Shown piece by piece: positions 50,945 through 62,470 of a stretch of DNA of 64,000 nucleotides (its first letter is position 1; the number at the start of each line of letters is the position of its first letter). Location of the stretch: assembly GCF_004010195.1 (NCBI RefSeq), contig NC_057717.1, positions 102,793,676-102,857,675 on the forward strand, given 5' to 3'. The translations under genes were made by a program, and so were the position numbers. This DNA comes from Chiloscyllium plagiosum. Lineage: Eukaryota. The notes under the pieces are model-generated. The model was not told the origin of the DNA and ran no database searches. It was given only the letters and a program-made list of their open reading frames with translations.

Positions 50945-53900
50945 CAGTCCTGCTGTCTATAGTATGTATTCCCAGGACAGTATTCTGCTGTCTACAGTAA
51001 CCAATCCCAGTACAGGATCCTGCTGTCTACAATAACTAATCCCAGTGCAGTATCCTGCTGTCTACAATAACTAATCCCAGTGCAGTATCCTGCTGTCTAC
51101 AGTATCCAATCCCAGTACAGTTACCTGCCGTCCACAGTGGCCAATCCCAGTACAGTATCCTGCTGTCTACAGTATCCAATCCCAGTGCAGTATCCTGATG
51201 TCTACTATGTCCAATCGCAGTGAGTATCCTGTTGTCAACAGTGACTAGACCCAGTACAGTATCCTGTTGTCTCCAGTGATCAATCCCAGTACAGTATCCT
51301 GCTGTCTACAGTAACCAATCCCAGTACATTATCCTGCTGCCTACAGTATCCAATCCCCGTGCAGTATCCTGCTGTCCACAGTAATCCAACCCCAGTACAG
51401 TGTACTGCTGTCTACAATAACCGATCCCAGTACAGTATCCTGCTGTCTACAGTATGCAATCAGTGCAGTATCCTGTTGTCTACAATAACCAATCCCAGAA
51501 CAGTGTACTGCTGTCTACAGTAACCAATCCCAGTACAGTATCCTGCTGTCTACAGTATGCAATCCCAGTACAGTATCCTGCTGTCTACAGTATCCAATCC
51601 CAGTACAGTGTACTGCTGTCTACAGTAACCAATCCCACTGCAGTATCCTGCTGTCTACAGTATCCAATCCCAGTACAGTATCCTGTTGTCTACAGTGACC
51701 AACACCAGTACATTATCTAGCTGTCTACAGTGACCAATCCCAGTGCAGTATCTGCTGTCCCCAGTGAGCAATCCCAGTACATTATCCTGCTGCCTACAGT
51801 ATCCAATCACCGTGCAGTATCCTGCTGTCTACAGTATCCCATCCCAGTACAGTGTACTGCTGCCTACAGTAACCGATCCCAGTACAGTATCCTGCTGTCT
51901 ACAGTATGCAATCAGTGCAGTATCTTGTTGTCTACAGTAACCAATCCCTGTGCTGTATTCTGATGTCTACAGTAAGCAATCCCAGTACAATATCCTGCTG
52001 TCTACAGTATCCAATCCCAGTGCAGTTTCCTGCTGTCTACAGTATCCAATTCCAGTACAGTGTACTGCTGTCTACAGTAACCAATCCCACTGCAGTATCC
52101 TGCTGTCTACAGTATCCAATCACCGTGCAGTATCCTGCTGTCTACAGTATCCAATCCCAGTACAGTGTACTGCTGTCTACAGTAACCAATCCCAGTACAT
52201 TATCCTGCTGCCTACAGTATCCAATCACCGTGCAGTATCCTGCTGCCTACAGTAACCGATCCCAGTACAGTATCCTGCTGTCTACAGTATCCAATCCCAG
52301 TACAGTGTACTGCTGTCTACAGTAACCAATCCCAGTACATTATCCTGCTGCCTACAGTATCCAATCACCGTGCAGTATCCTGCTGCCTACAAGTACTGTA
52401 TCTTGCTGTCTACAGTATCCAATCCCAGTACAGTGTACTGCTGTCTACAGTAACCAATCCCAGTACAGTATCCTGTCTACAGTATCCAATCCCAGTACAG
52501 TATCCTGTCTACAGTATCCAATCCCAGTACAGTATCCTGCTGTCCACAGTAACCAATCCCAATACAGTATCCTGCTGCCTACAGTAACCAATCCCAGTAC
52601 AGTATCCTGTTGTCTACAGTGACCAATCCCAGTACATTATCTAGCAGTCTACAGTGACCAATCCCTGTACAGTATCTTGCTGTCTACAGTAACCAATCCC
52701 AGGACAGTATCCTGCTGTCTACAGTAACCAATCCCAGGACAGTATCCTGGTGTTTACAGTAACCAATCCCAGTGCAGTATCCTGCTGTCTACAGTATCCA
52801 ATCCCAGTTCTGTATCCTGCTATCGACAGTATCCATTCCCACTGCAGTATACTGCTGTCTACAGTATCCAATCCCAATACAGTATCCTGCTGTCTACAGT
52901 AACCAATCCCAGTGCAGTATCCTGCTGTCGACAGTAACCAATCCCAGTACAGTATCCAGTTGTCTACAGTGACCAACACCAGTACATTATCTAGCTGTCT
53001 ACAGTGACCAATCCCAGTACAGTATCCTGCTGTCCACAGTAACCAACCCCAATACAGTATCCTGCTGTCCACAGTAACCAACCCCAATACAGTATCCTAC
53101 TGTCTACAGTAACCAATCCCAGTACAGTATCCTGCTGCCTACAGTAATGAATCCCAATACAGTATCCTGCTGTCTACAGTATTCAATCCCAGTACAGTTT
53201 CCTGCCGTCTACAGTGACCAATCCCAGTGCAGTATCCTGCTGTCTACAGTATCCAATCCCAGTACAGCATCCTGCAGTCTACAGTATCCAATCCCTGTGC
53301 AGTCTCCTGCTGTCTACAGTAACCAATCCCAGTACAGTATCCTGTTGTCTACAGTGACCAATACCAATACATTATCCAGCTGTCTACAGTGACCAGTCCC
53401 AGTACAGTATCCTGTTATCTACAGTAACCAATCCCTGGACACTATCCTGCTGTCTACAGTATCCAATCCCAGGACAGTATCAGCTGTCTACAGTATCCAA
53501 TCCCAGTGTAGTATCCTACTGTCAACAATATCCAATCCCAGTACAGTATCCTGCTGTCTACTTTGTCCAATCCCAGTGAGTATCCTGTTGTCAACAGTGA
53601 CCAGACTCAGTACAGTATCCTGTTGTCTCCAGTGACCAATCCCAGTGCAGTATCCTGCTGTCCACAGTAACCAATTCCCAGTACATTATCCTACTGCCTA
53701 CAGTATCCAATCCCCGTACAGTATCCTGCTGTCCACAGTAATCCAACCACAGTACAGTTACCTGCTGTCTCCAGTATCCAACCCCAGTACAGCATCCTGC
53801 TGTCTACAGTAACCAACCACTGTGCAGTATCCTGCTGTTTACAGTAACCAATCTCTGTGCAGTATCCTGCTGTCTACAGTATCCAATCCCAGTGCAGTAT

Positions 53901-55825
53901 CCTGTTTGTCTGCAGTAACCAATCCCAGTACAGTATCCTGTTGTCTACAGTATCCAATCCCAGTGCAGTATCCTGCTGTCTACAGTATCCAATCCCAGTG
54001 CAGTATCCTGCTGTCTACGGTATCCAATCTCAGTGCAGTATCCTGTTGTCTGCAGTAACCAATCCCAGTGCTGTATCCTGTTGTCTACAGTAGGCAATGC
54101 CAGTACTGTATCTTGCTGTCTACATTATCCAATCCCAGTACAGTGTACTGCTGTTCAGTTATGCAATCCCAGTGCAGTATCCTGCTGTCTACAGTAACCC
54201 ATCCCAGTACAGTATCCTGCTCTCTACATTAACCAACACCAATACCGTATCCTGCTGTCTGCTGTATCCAATCCCAGTGCAGTATCCTGCTGTCTGCAGT
54301 AACCAATGCCTGTACAGTATCATGCTGTCTACAGTATCCAATCCGCGTACAGTATCCTGCTGTTTACAGTAATCAACCCCAGTGCAGTATCCTGCTGTGT
54401 ACAGTAACCAACCCCAGTGCAGTATCCTGCTATCTACCTTATCAAATCCCAGTACAGTGTCCTGCTGTCTACAGTATCCAATCCCAGTACTGTATCCTGC
54501 TGTCTACAGTATCCAATCCCAGTACAGTATCCTGCTGTCCACAGTAACTAATCCCATACAGTATCCTGCTGTCTATAGTATGCAATACCCGTGCAGTATC
54601 CTGTTGTCTACAGTAACCAATCCCAGTACAGTATCCTGCTGTCTACAGTACCCAACCCCAGTGCAGTATCCTGCTCTCGACAGTAACCAATCCCATTGCA
54701 GTATCCTGCTGTCTACCTTATCCAATCCTAGTACATTATCCTGCTGTCTACAGTATCCATTCCCAGTACAGTATCCTGTTGTCTACAATCACCAATCCCA
54801 ATGTGGTAACCGATGTCTACAGTAATCAATCCCAGTACAGTATCCTGCTGTCTATAGTAACCAATCCCAGTGCAGTATCCTGCTGTCTACAGTAACCAAT
54901 CCCAGTGCAGTATCCTGCTGTGTACAGTAACCAATCCCAGTGCAGTGCCCTGCTGTCTACCTTATCCAATCCCAGTACAGTGGCCTGCTGTCTACAGTAT
55001 CCAATCCCAGTGCAATATCCTGCTGCCTACAGTATCCAATCCCTGTACAGTATCCTGTTGTCTACAATCACCAATCCCAATGTGGTATCCGCTGTCTCCA
55101 GTAACCCATCCCAGTACAGTATCCTGCTGTCTACAATATCCAATCCCAGTACAGTATCCTGCTGTCTACAATAACCAATCCCAGTGCAGTATCCTGCTGT
55201 CTACAGTAACCAATACCAGTGCAGTACCCTGCTGTTTACAGTAACCAATCCCAGTACAGCATCCTGATGTCTACAGTAACCAATCCCAGTGCAGTATCCT
55301 GCTGTCTACAGTAACCAATCCCAGTACCGCATCCTGCTGTTTACAGTAACCAATCTGAGTGTATTTTCCTGCTGTCCAGAGTACCCAATCCCAATGCAGT
55401 GTCCTGTTGTTTACAGTAACCAATCCTAGTGCATTATCTGCTGTCTACAGTGACCAATACCAACCTGTTATCCTGCTGTCATCATTCACCAGTCCCAGTG
55501 CAGTATCCTGAGTTTTACATTGGCCAATCCCAGTGCAGTATTCTCTAGTCTACAGTAACCAATCCTAACACAAAGTTAAAAATCACACAACACAAGGTTA
55601 TAGTCCAACAGGTTTAATTGGAAGCACTAGCTTTCGGAATGATGATCCTTCATCACTCCGAAAGCTAGTGCTTCCAATTAAACCTGTTGGACTATAACCT
55701 GGTGTTGTGATTTTTAACTTTGTACACCCCAGGCCAACACCAGCATCTCCAAATCAATCCTAACACAGTGTCCTTCTGTCTACAGTAACCAATCCTAACA
55801 CAGTGTCCTTCTGTCTACAGTAACC
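50945..55825. repeat. 35-bp tandem satellite (cagtatcctgctgtctacagtaaccaatcccagta), ~4.9 kb, roughly 135 units
   Basis: Seen directly; ORF translations cycle through three frames every 105 bp. Confidence 0.97.
55573..55754. mobile_element. fold-back family B Penelope-like insertion inside the satellite, 13-bp TSD
   Basis: caatcctaacaca 55560-55572 / 55755-55767; same arms as 5694-5906. Confidence 0.8.
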
Positions 55826-56299
55826 CATATGATTCTGTACACCATCCTGTAGTGGTTCTGAACTGCTGCATCTTGTGCCTCTTGGCCTTTTAACTCTATC
55901 TATCCTTAACTGAGTTTCCTACTGCTTGTCTTTAAAACTCTATCCAGTCTTCTGTACTTCTCAGCATTATTTTAAATTGTTTGATATTCTTTCCCTGGTC
56001 CATGGTGCTATTAACCCATTTTTTGACATCCATAAACTTCCCTCTTGGTCAATAATCCCTCATTGTTTGTTAGTTTCTTGCCTTCACTCACTGCTGCCAT
56101 CCGTGATGTCCTCAATCTCTCAATTGAAGATCTCCCACAGTTTCTCAATGACTCCGATCTCAGTCATGAATTTATTGGAGACTCCCAGCTAAAAGCTGGT
56201 CAGCATGTCCTCATGTTTTTTTTTTCCCCATTACAAATCACCCGTGGACCTGAATCAAAGAAAGTCGTTGGTTAATCTTCTCTTGGAAATCCTGAACTA

Positions 56300-56680
56300 C
56301 AGTTCTGGAATCCATACTTTTGGAAGGATATGATGTCATTGAACAGAATGCACAGAAGATTTACCAGGATGTTGCCTGGGCTGGAGAGCTTTGGTAATGA
56401 AGAGAGATTGGACAGACTGGACTTGGTTTCCTTAGAGCAGAGTTGGGGGGGGGCATGATTGAGACATATAAAATTATGAGGGGCATAGACAGGGTAGACA
56501 GAAAGAAGCTTTTCCCCTTGATAGAGGGATCAGTTGTTGAGGGCATGGATTGAATGTAAGGTGCAGGGGGAATAGCGGGGGGATGTGAGGCGAAATCTTT
56601 TCACTCAGAAGGCAGTCTGGAACTTGCTGGCTATAAAGATGGGAGAGGCAGAATGCCTCAAACATTCAAGAAGTACCTGT
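56300..56680 (+). mobile_element. CR1 LINE 3' fragment
   Basis: agatttaccaggatgttgcctggg...tataaaattatgaggggcatagacagggtagac. Confidence 0.8.
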
Positions 56681-57521
56681 ATACACTTTTGCACAAGTCA
56701 AAAGTTTTAGATGTACTTTTTATGGTTAAATTTATGGAGTCAACTATTACATGGATTTTACTCTTCAGGGGCTGAAATTCACACTACAGTCCAAAATACC
56801 ATATCGTTAGCAGAAGCCCAATTGACCTCTAAATGAATTAAAACAAAACACAATAAATTACAGTAATATGACTGTATTCCATGAGGGCTACAGGGGAGCT
56901 CAGCTGAGCTGCACACAAGGTGAGGTTGTCACCTGACTCTGACCTGATGCGTCTTAAACGTTTGCACCAACTTGGCGTTAATTGTACATCAAAACACATA
57001 ATAGCATGAAAGTAAAAATTCATTTCCTCATTGTAACATCGTACAGGATAATACCTTGACTCACAAATGTTGGCCTGTCATCTGTGAAGAACTAGGGTTG
57101 ACCTTTACATGAGATTGATTTTTACTTGAGTATATACGGTATTTAGATGTGCACTTGTAATGCCAAGGCATGAAAGGCCAAGTGTTGGAAAGTGGGACGA
57201 GAACGGTTAGGTGACTGGTGTAAACTTGATGGGCCAAAGGGCCTTTATAACTTTATCTTGCACTCAAATGTTGTGCGAGTCAAAAACCCCTCAGCACCAC
57301 ATCCCTTTCTGTTTCCACTATGCGTAGAGAATATGGCACTGATCTCTACACCACACTCATGCACCTAGGGGAATAGCGAAGACATATTGAAGGGAAGCTG
57401 GATAAAATGAGAGGGGAAATCAATAGAACGTGATGACAAATAGGTGAGATCAAGAGGAGAGGAGCAAGATTGGATGAAGTTTAAAGTAAAGTGTTGGCTA
57501 GCTAAATAGTCTGTATTTGTG

Positions 57522-57793
57522 TAGTGGCTCAATGGTTAGCACTGCTGCCTCGCAGTACTAGGGACTAGGGTTCGATTCCAGACTTGGACAGACTATCTGC
57601 ATGGAGTTTGCACATTCTCCCCTTGTCTGCGTGGGTTTGCTCCGGTTTCCTTCCACAGTCCAAGATGTGCAGGTCAGGTGAATTGGCCATGCTTAATTGC
57701 CCATAGCGATAGGTGCATTAGTGGGTCTGGGTGGGTTACTCTTTAGAGGGTCGGTATGGACTTGTTGGACCAAAGGGCCTGTTTCTAATCTAA
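57522..57793 (+). mobile_element. HE1-type SINE
   Basis: Head and tail as in the other copies. Confidence 0.88.
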
Positions 57794-58012
57794 GTTTGAT
57801 AGAATTTTTTGTAAAACTCAAACAATGTTATCGTGATCCTTTTCAAGAAATGAAAATGTACTGGTCAGTTGGATCTTGGCATGAATTTTTCATTCAGGGG
57901 TTCATTTCTGTCGTAATTACTGAGAGTTTATAAGGAATGGTAACCCCCCGGCTGATGCTTAAGGTCTCACAGTCGTGAACAGAATTAATCATCTCCTCTT
58001 CTGTCCATTTAG

Positions 58013-58066
58013 GGTCCTTCAGGACGCCCAGGTGGTATGGGCTCTCCAGGATCAGTGGGTGAAAAG
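58013..58066 (+). CDS. COL5A3: collagen exon 54 bp: GPSGRPGGMGSPGSVGEK
   Basis: atttag|GGT...AAG|gtgagt. Confidence 0.95.
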
Positions 58067-58391
58067 GTGAGTGTTTCTTCTTTGTGCTTGTGGCCTGAGC
58101 AGGATTATTCGGAAATCACAAAGCATCTAATAAACTACCCGCTGATACCCTGAAGGTACCTCCCCCCTGCCAGCCCCTGAATGATGTGGGCATTGGCAGG
58201 AACATTGGGACAACCAAGTGAGATGGTTGGTAAGGAGCTTCCCGAAGTCAAGAGGAAAGTGTCCCATTTTGAATGACTGTTATTTTCTTGCTGGTGAGCA
58301 GCGAGAGATCTACTGGCATGGACTTGTTCTTGCGTCATATCATCTCACTGATATGCATCACTGGACTAGCAATCCCATCACCAAGTTAACA

Positions 58392-58722
58392 CAGTGGATC
58401 TGTGGTTAGCACCGCTGCCTCACTGCGCCAGGGACCCTGGGTTCGATTCCAGCCTCGGGACGCTTGTGTGGAGTTTGCATGTTCTTCCCATCTCTGTGTG
58501 GGTGTGCTCTGGTTTTCTCCCACAGTCAAAACATGTGCAGGCTAGGGGTAGGTTGGCCCTGCTAAATTGTTCATAGTGTTCAGGGATGTATGAGTTAGCC
58601 GTGGGAAATGTGAGGTCAAGGGGATTGGGTAAGGGGCAGATCTGGGTGGGATACCCTTTCGAGGTTCGGTGAGGACTCAATGGGCCAAAATGGCCTGCTT
58701 CCACACTGTAGGGATTCTATAA
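58392..58722 (+). mobile_element. HE1-type SINE
   Basis: Head and tail as in the other copies. Confidence 0.85.
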
Positions 58723-58885
58723 TTCTCTACAGGAAGCTCTTCAGGTTACAGTTACCCATTTGGGAAGAGAACCTGCCATCCACATTGAAGGTTTTTGTGT
58801 GCACTCGTTCTGGAATGAGACGTTACATGGACTGATTGAGGTCATCTCGGCTCAGTGTAACCGTTGTGTTTGACCTTCCTTACAG

Positions 58886-58939
58886 GGAGAGACAGGAGAA
58901 GCTGGAGACCCAGGCACACCGGGAGAACCAGGTATCGCT
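58886..58939 (+). CDS. COL5A3: collagen exon 54 bp: GETGEAGDPGTPGEPGIA
   Basis: ttacag|GGA...GCT|gtgagt. Confidence 0.95.
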
Positions 58940-59084
58940 GTGAGTACCCAATATTGTCTTAATTCCATTGAAACGCCATTGAAGGTTGTCCACCCATTCC
59001 TACAGTTTCCCTTGCCCCCGAATTGGCCCCCCTCAGCCTGATTGGCAGCAAACCATCTGACAATCTTGCCCATTCCTTGAGGGA

Positions 59085-59578
59085 ACACGATGTGAAACTT
59101 GAAAGGGTTCAGAAAAGATTTACAAGGATGATGCCAGAGATGGAGGATGTTAGAGATAGGGAGAGGCTGAACAGGCTGGGACTGTTTTCCCTGGAGCGTC
59201 AGAGGCTGAGGGGTGACCTTAGAGAGGTTTATAAAATCATGAGGGGCATGGATAGGATAAATAGGCAAGGTCTTTACCCTGGAGTGAGGGAGTCCAGAAC
59301 TAGAAGGTATAGGTTCAGGATGAGATTGGAAAGATATAAAAAGGACCTAAGGGGCAACTTTTTCATGCAGAGGGTGGTGCATGTATGGAATGAGCTGCCA
59401 GAGGAAGTGGTGGAGTCGGGTATAATTACAACATTTAAAAGGCATCTGGACGAGTAGGAAGAGTTTAGAGGGATATGGGCCAAATGTTGGCAAATGGGAC
59501 TAGATTCAGTTAAGATTTCTGGACAGCATGGATGGTTGGACCACAAGATCTGTTTCCATGCTGTACAGTTCTATAACT
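59085..59578 (+). mobile_element. CR1/HER1 LINE 3' end
   Basis: ORF 59023..59457 LERVQKRFTRMMP..LGLFSLERQRLRGDLREVYKIMRG..WNELPEEVVE. Confidence 0.92.
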
Positions 59579-59850
59579 AAGTTTGCAAAAAAAACACTAG
59601 ATGTGGATTTGCAGCTATCTCCCCTACCACATGGTCAGTGATTTCTCCACTCAGGGCAAAAGACGTCACATTGAAACAGTGACGGATTGATGCTAATGGG
59701 AATGCTCTGTATTGAGATGGGAATAGATAGGTGACCATTTGGAACATCAAACCAGAATCTTGATTCAGAGATTGTTTGGAATCCCAAGTTCAGGTGTGAA
59801 ATAACATTGTCCTGCTCTTGTTCTTGAAGGCTCAGGATGGATAAAATTGC

Positions 59851-60138
59851 TCACGAGTTTTGAGAAGATTTGTAGATTGGCTTGAGTTTCTGGATGTAAG
59901 TTTGCTTGCTGAGCTGGAAGGTTCATTTTCAGACGTTTCATTGCCATACTCAGTAACCTCATCAGTGAGGAAATGACATCAGCAACACAGGAAATGACAT
60001 CAGCAATCCAAGGAAACCTAAACACACAAGTAGAAAACAGGCCATAACACCAGTGCTTCACCGAAGGCTCACTGATGATGTTATGATGATGAAACGTCTG
60101 AAAATGAGCCTTCCAGCTCAACGAGCAAACTGACATCC
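59851..60138. mobile_element. fold-back Penelope-like insertion (family C) with perfect 13-bp TSD and two hammerhead-like cores
   Basis: tggataaaattgc 59838-59850 / 60139-60151; cores at 59929-59968 (-) and 60069-60101 (+). Confidence 0.82.
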
Positions 60139-60205
60139 TGGATAAAATTGCGTTTGAACATTTATGGTGTATTTGAAGCATTTTTTTTAACATCTCTTGC
60201 CCAAG

Positions 60206-60313
60206 GGTCCTAAAGGTGAAATTGGTGAGAAAGGGGACACAGGTCCGTCGGGTACAGCAGGACCTGCAGGGGTCAAAGGTCCTCCAGGTGAAGATGGTGC
60301 TAAAGGTGGTGTG
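60206..60313 (+). CDS. COL5A3: collagen exon 108 bp: [36 protein letters not shown]
   Basis: cccaag|GGT...GTG|gtaagt (less common AAG acceptor); the most alpha-3(V)-diagnostic exon. Confidence 0.95.
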
Positions 60314-60499
60314 GTAAGTTGGCCATCCTCTCTCCTTATCCATCCTTGGACAACCAGGCAGGTTCTCCTCAGTGTTGGACACAAGGCCTTGAGAAGTAAT
60401 GAAAGCTCGCCAAGCTGAGGAGATGGGGATTTCTTTTTCAGTCACAGATTGTGGGTGCCACTGTCTAAGCTGGCCTGTTCTGTCCATCCCTACTAGCCC

Positions 60500-61070
60500 C
60501 ATTTCAAAGAACACTTAAGAATCACATAGCGCTTAACCATTGCTGTTGTCTGGAGTCACGTGTTGATCAGACTTGGGTAAGGATGGCAGATTTCCTTCCC
60601 TAAAGGACATTAATGAACCAGATGAGTTTTTATAACTATCAAAAGTGGGCTATTGACTGTTAGCTTCATTTTCTTAATCTGTTTTTTAATTAATTCAAAT
60701 TCCACCATCTGTCATGGTGGCTTTGTTATCTTATTCATTCTCAAAACGTGGTTATCAATGGCCCAGCATCTAATGCCCATCGTTAATTGCCCAGAAGGCA
60801 GTTAAGAGTCAACCCCGTTGCCCTGGGTCTGGAGTCACATGTAGGCCAGACCAGGTAAGGATGGCAGTTTCCTTCCCTAAAGGGCGTTGGTGAACCAGAT
60901 GGGTTTCCCAACAATCGACAATGGATTCAGGGTCACCATTAAACTCTTAATTCCAGATTTTTATGGAATTCCTCTATCTGCCATGGAAGGATTCAAACTC
61001 ATGGCCTTCAGAATGTTACCTGGCTCTGTATGTAGCAAGTCCTGTGACAATGCCACTACATCACGACTTC
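60500..61070 (+). mobile_element. two adjacent copies of an unclassified interspersed repeat (tctggagtcac.tgt...cagac..ggtaaggatggcag..ttccttccctaaagg); also at ~23580, ~28930 and, reversed, ~7930
   Basis: Recurrent motif in the window. Confidence 0.55.
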
Positions 61071-61386
61071 CCTATTATTACTCATTCGGGAGAAGTTGAG
61101 CAGACCACGTCGATACTCCTTGGAGCTTGGGAGGATAAAAGATGATGCCATTGACAGGTGGAAGATTCATCAGGAGGGGGACAGGGTGGGGGGGCTGGGA
61201 GGATGTCTCTGCTGGCTTGCAAATCCATTAGACAAGGACACAGTCTCAGGGTGGGGGGATTAAGGATTGCAATGAAACGTCTTCACTTGGAAGTTATTCT
61301 TGCCCTGTCAGAAGTATTATTGTCTAATCTCTCTTTCTCTCTCTCTGTGTCTCTGTCTCTCTCTGTCTCTGTCATCTGATTCTCAG

Positions 61387-61440
61387 GGTCCGGCTGGTTT
61401 TCCAGGTGATCCCGGTCCAACAGGCGAGCCAGGTATTCCG
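61387..61440 (+). CDS. COL5A3: collagen exon 54 bp: GPAGFPGDPGPTGEPGIP
   Basis: tctcag|GGT...CCG|gtgaga. Confidence 0.95.
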
Positions 61441-61511
61441 GTGAGAAGCTCAACCTCGACACAGGATTCTTTGATTCCGAAGAAAGTCCACACGGGATTC
61501 AAAATGTTAAC

Positions 61512-61545
61512 ACTCTTTCTCTCTCTGTGTCTCTGTCTCTATCTG

Positions 61546-61596
<51 letters not shown>

Positions 61597-61633
61597 TTCT
61601 CTGTCTCTGTCTCTCTCTCTCTCTCTCTCTCTG
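61512..61633. repeat. (CT)n/(CTGT)n microsatellite; shorter tract at 61327-61372
   Basis: Seen directly. Confidence 0.9.
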
Positions 61634-61674
61634 CAGATGCTGGGTATCTCCAGCAATCCATTTGTTTTAGGGCA

Positions 61675-61900
61675 CATGACATTCTGTTATAACGCGCATT
61701 TTGTCAATGCGAATTTGCTGTAACGCGATTGATGAATTGGGGATGCTGTTTCTCCAGCGTGAAATTTTAAAACGTGTGTTGGCTGTCACGCTATTACAGT
61801 GCCAACACTTGAAACGCTGTTTCCAAAGCACGATTTCTCTATAACGTGGGGTTGCACACGAATGCAACATGATTGTCATGTTATAGAACAACTGACTGTA
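61675..61900. mobile_element. Tc1/pogo-type MITE
   Basis: ttctgttataac ... gttatagaacaactgactgTA inverted ends; left end eroded. Confidence 0.5.
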
Positions 61901-62470
61901 TTCCTCTGCACGGTTACTCACACACCAGTGAGGATGTCTTAAAGGGGCCATGTGTGCAGTTGACTGGGTCAAAGGCTGGTATCAGTCACTGCCCCACTCC
62001 TGACTGGCTGGATTATTGGCGTCCATGTTTGGGAAGCTGGGAAAATCCAGAGAATCGCTGGCTCTCCCATTCAGCCAGCGTAGTGACATTGCCCAACTCT
62101 TCCCAGCCCTTTAACAACCGATTTCCTTTTGAGTTTGGGAGCGTTGTCAATCCTTATTCATTCCCCCTCAAAACCTCCACAAACCCTAATTGGCATCCGC
62201 ACAGGAGGAGGCTACTCAGCCCATTCTGACTGTCCAACTCCCTTTGAAAAAGTTCCCCAGTCAGTCCCTACAACATCTCAATGTCTCTAATTCCCTTTGA
62301 AAGCAATTATTCAATCTCCTTCTTACCATTCGTTCATCAGATAGGAACTCATTTTCTTCAAAAAAATCTCCTCATTCATGCCGGACCCCCCCCCCCCCCC
62401 CCCCATTGTTTTCTCAAATGGTTTAACTATTTGGCAGCGGTAACCAATCTTGTTGTGGTTTTTATTTTAG

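Noticed and set aside
51454..55244. Many ORFs with repeating QYPAVYSNQSQ/STVSCCLQ peptides
   Set aside because: Translations of a 35-bp satellite; the unit is not a multiple of 3 and stops are frequent. No evidence of coding.
50945..55825. CRISPR-like array (35-bp repeats)
   Set aside because: Units are head-to-tail with no unique spacers, there are no cas genes, and this is a vertebrate intron. The same applies to the 37-bp array at 25411.
59023..59457. 144-aa ORF as a nested gene
   Set aside because: It is the C-terminal part of CR1 ORF2 in a 5'-truncated copy; likewise the ORFs at 62962-63755.
59765..60514. 249-aa minus-strand ORF
   Set aside because: Antisense to a collagen exon and crossing a TSD-flanked insertion; no recognisable domain.
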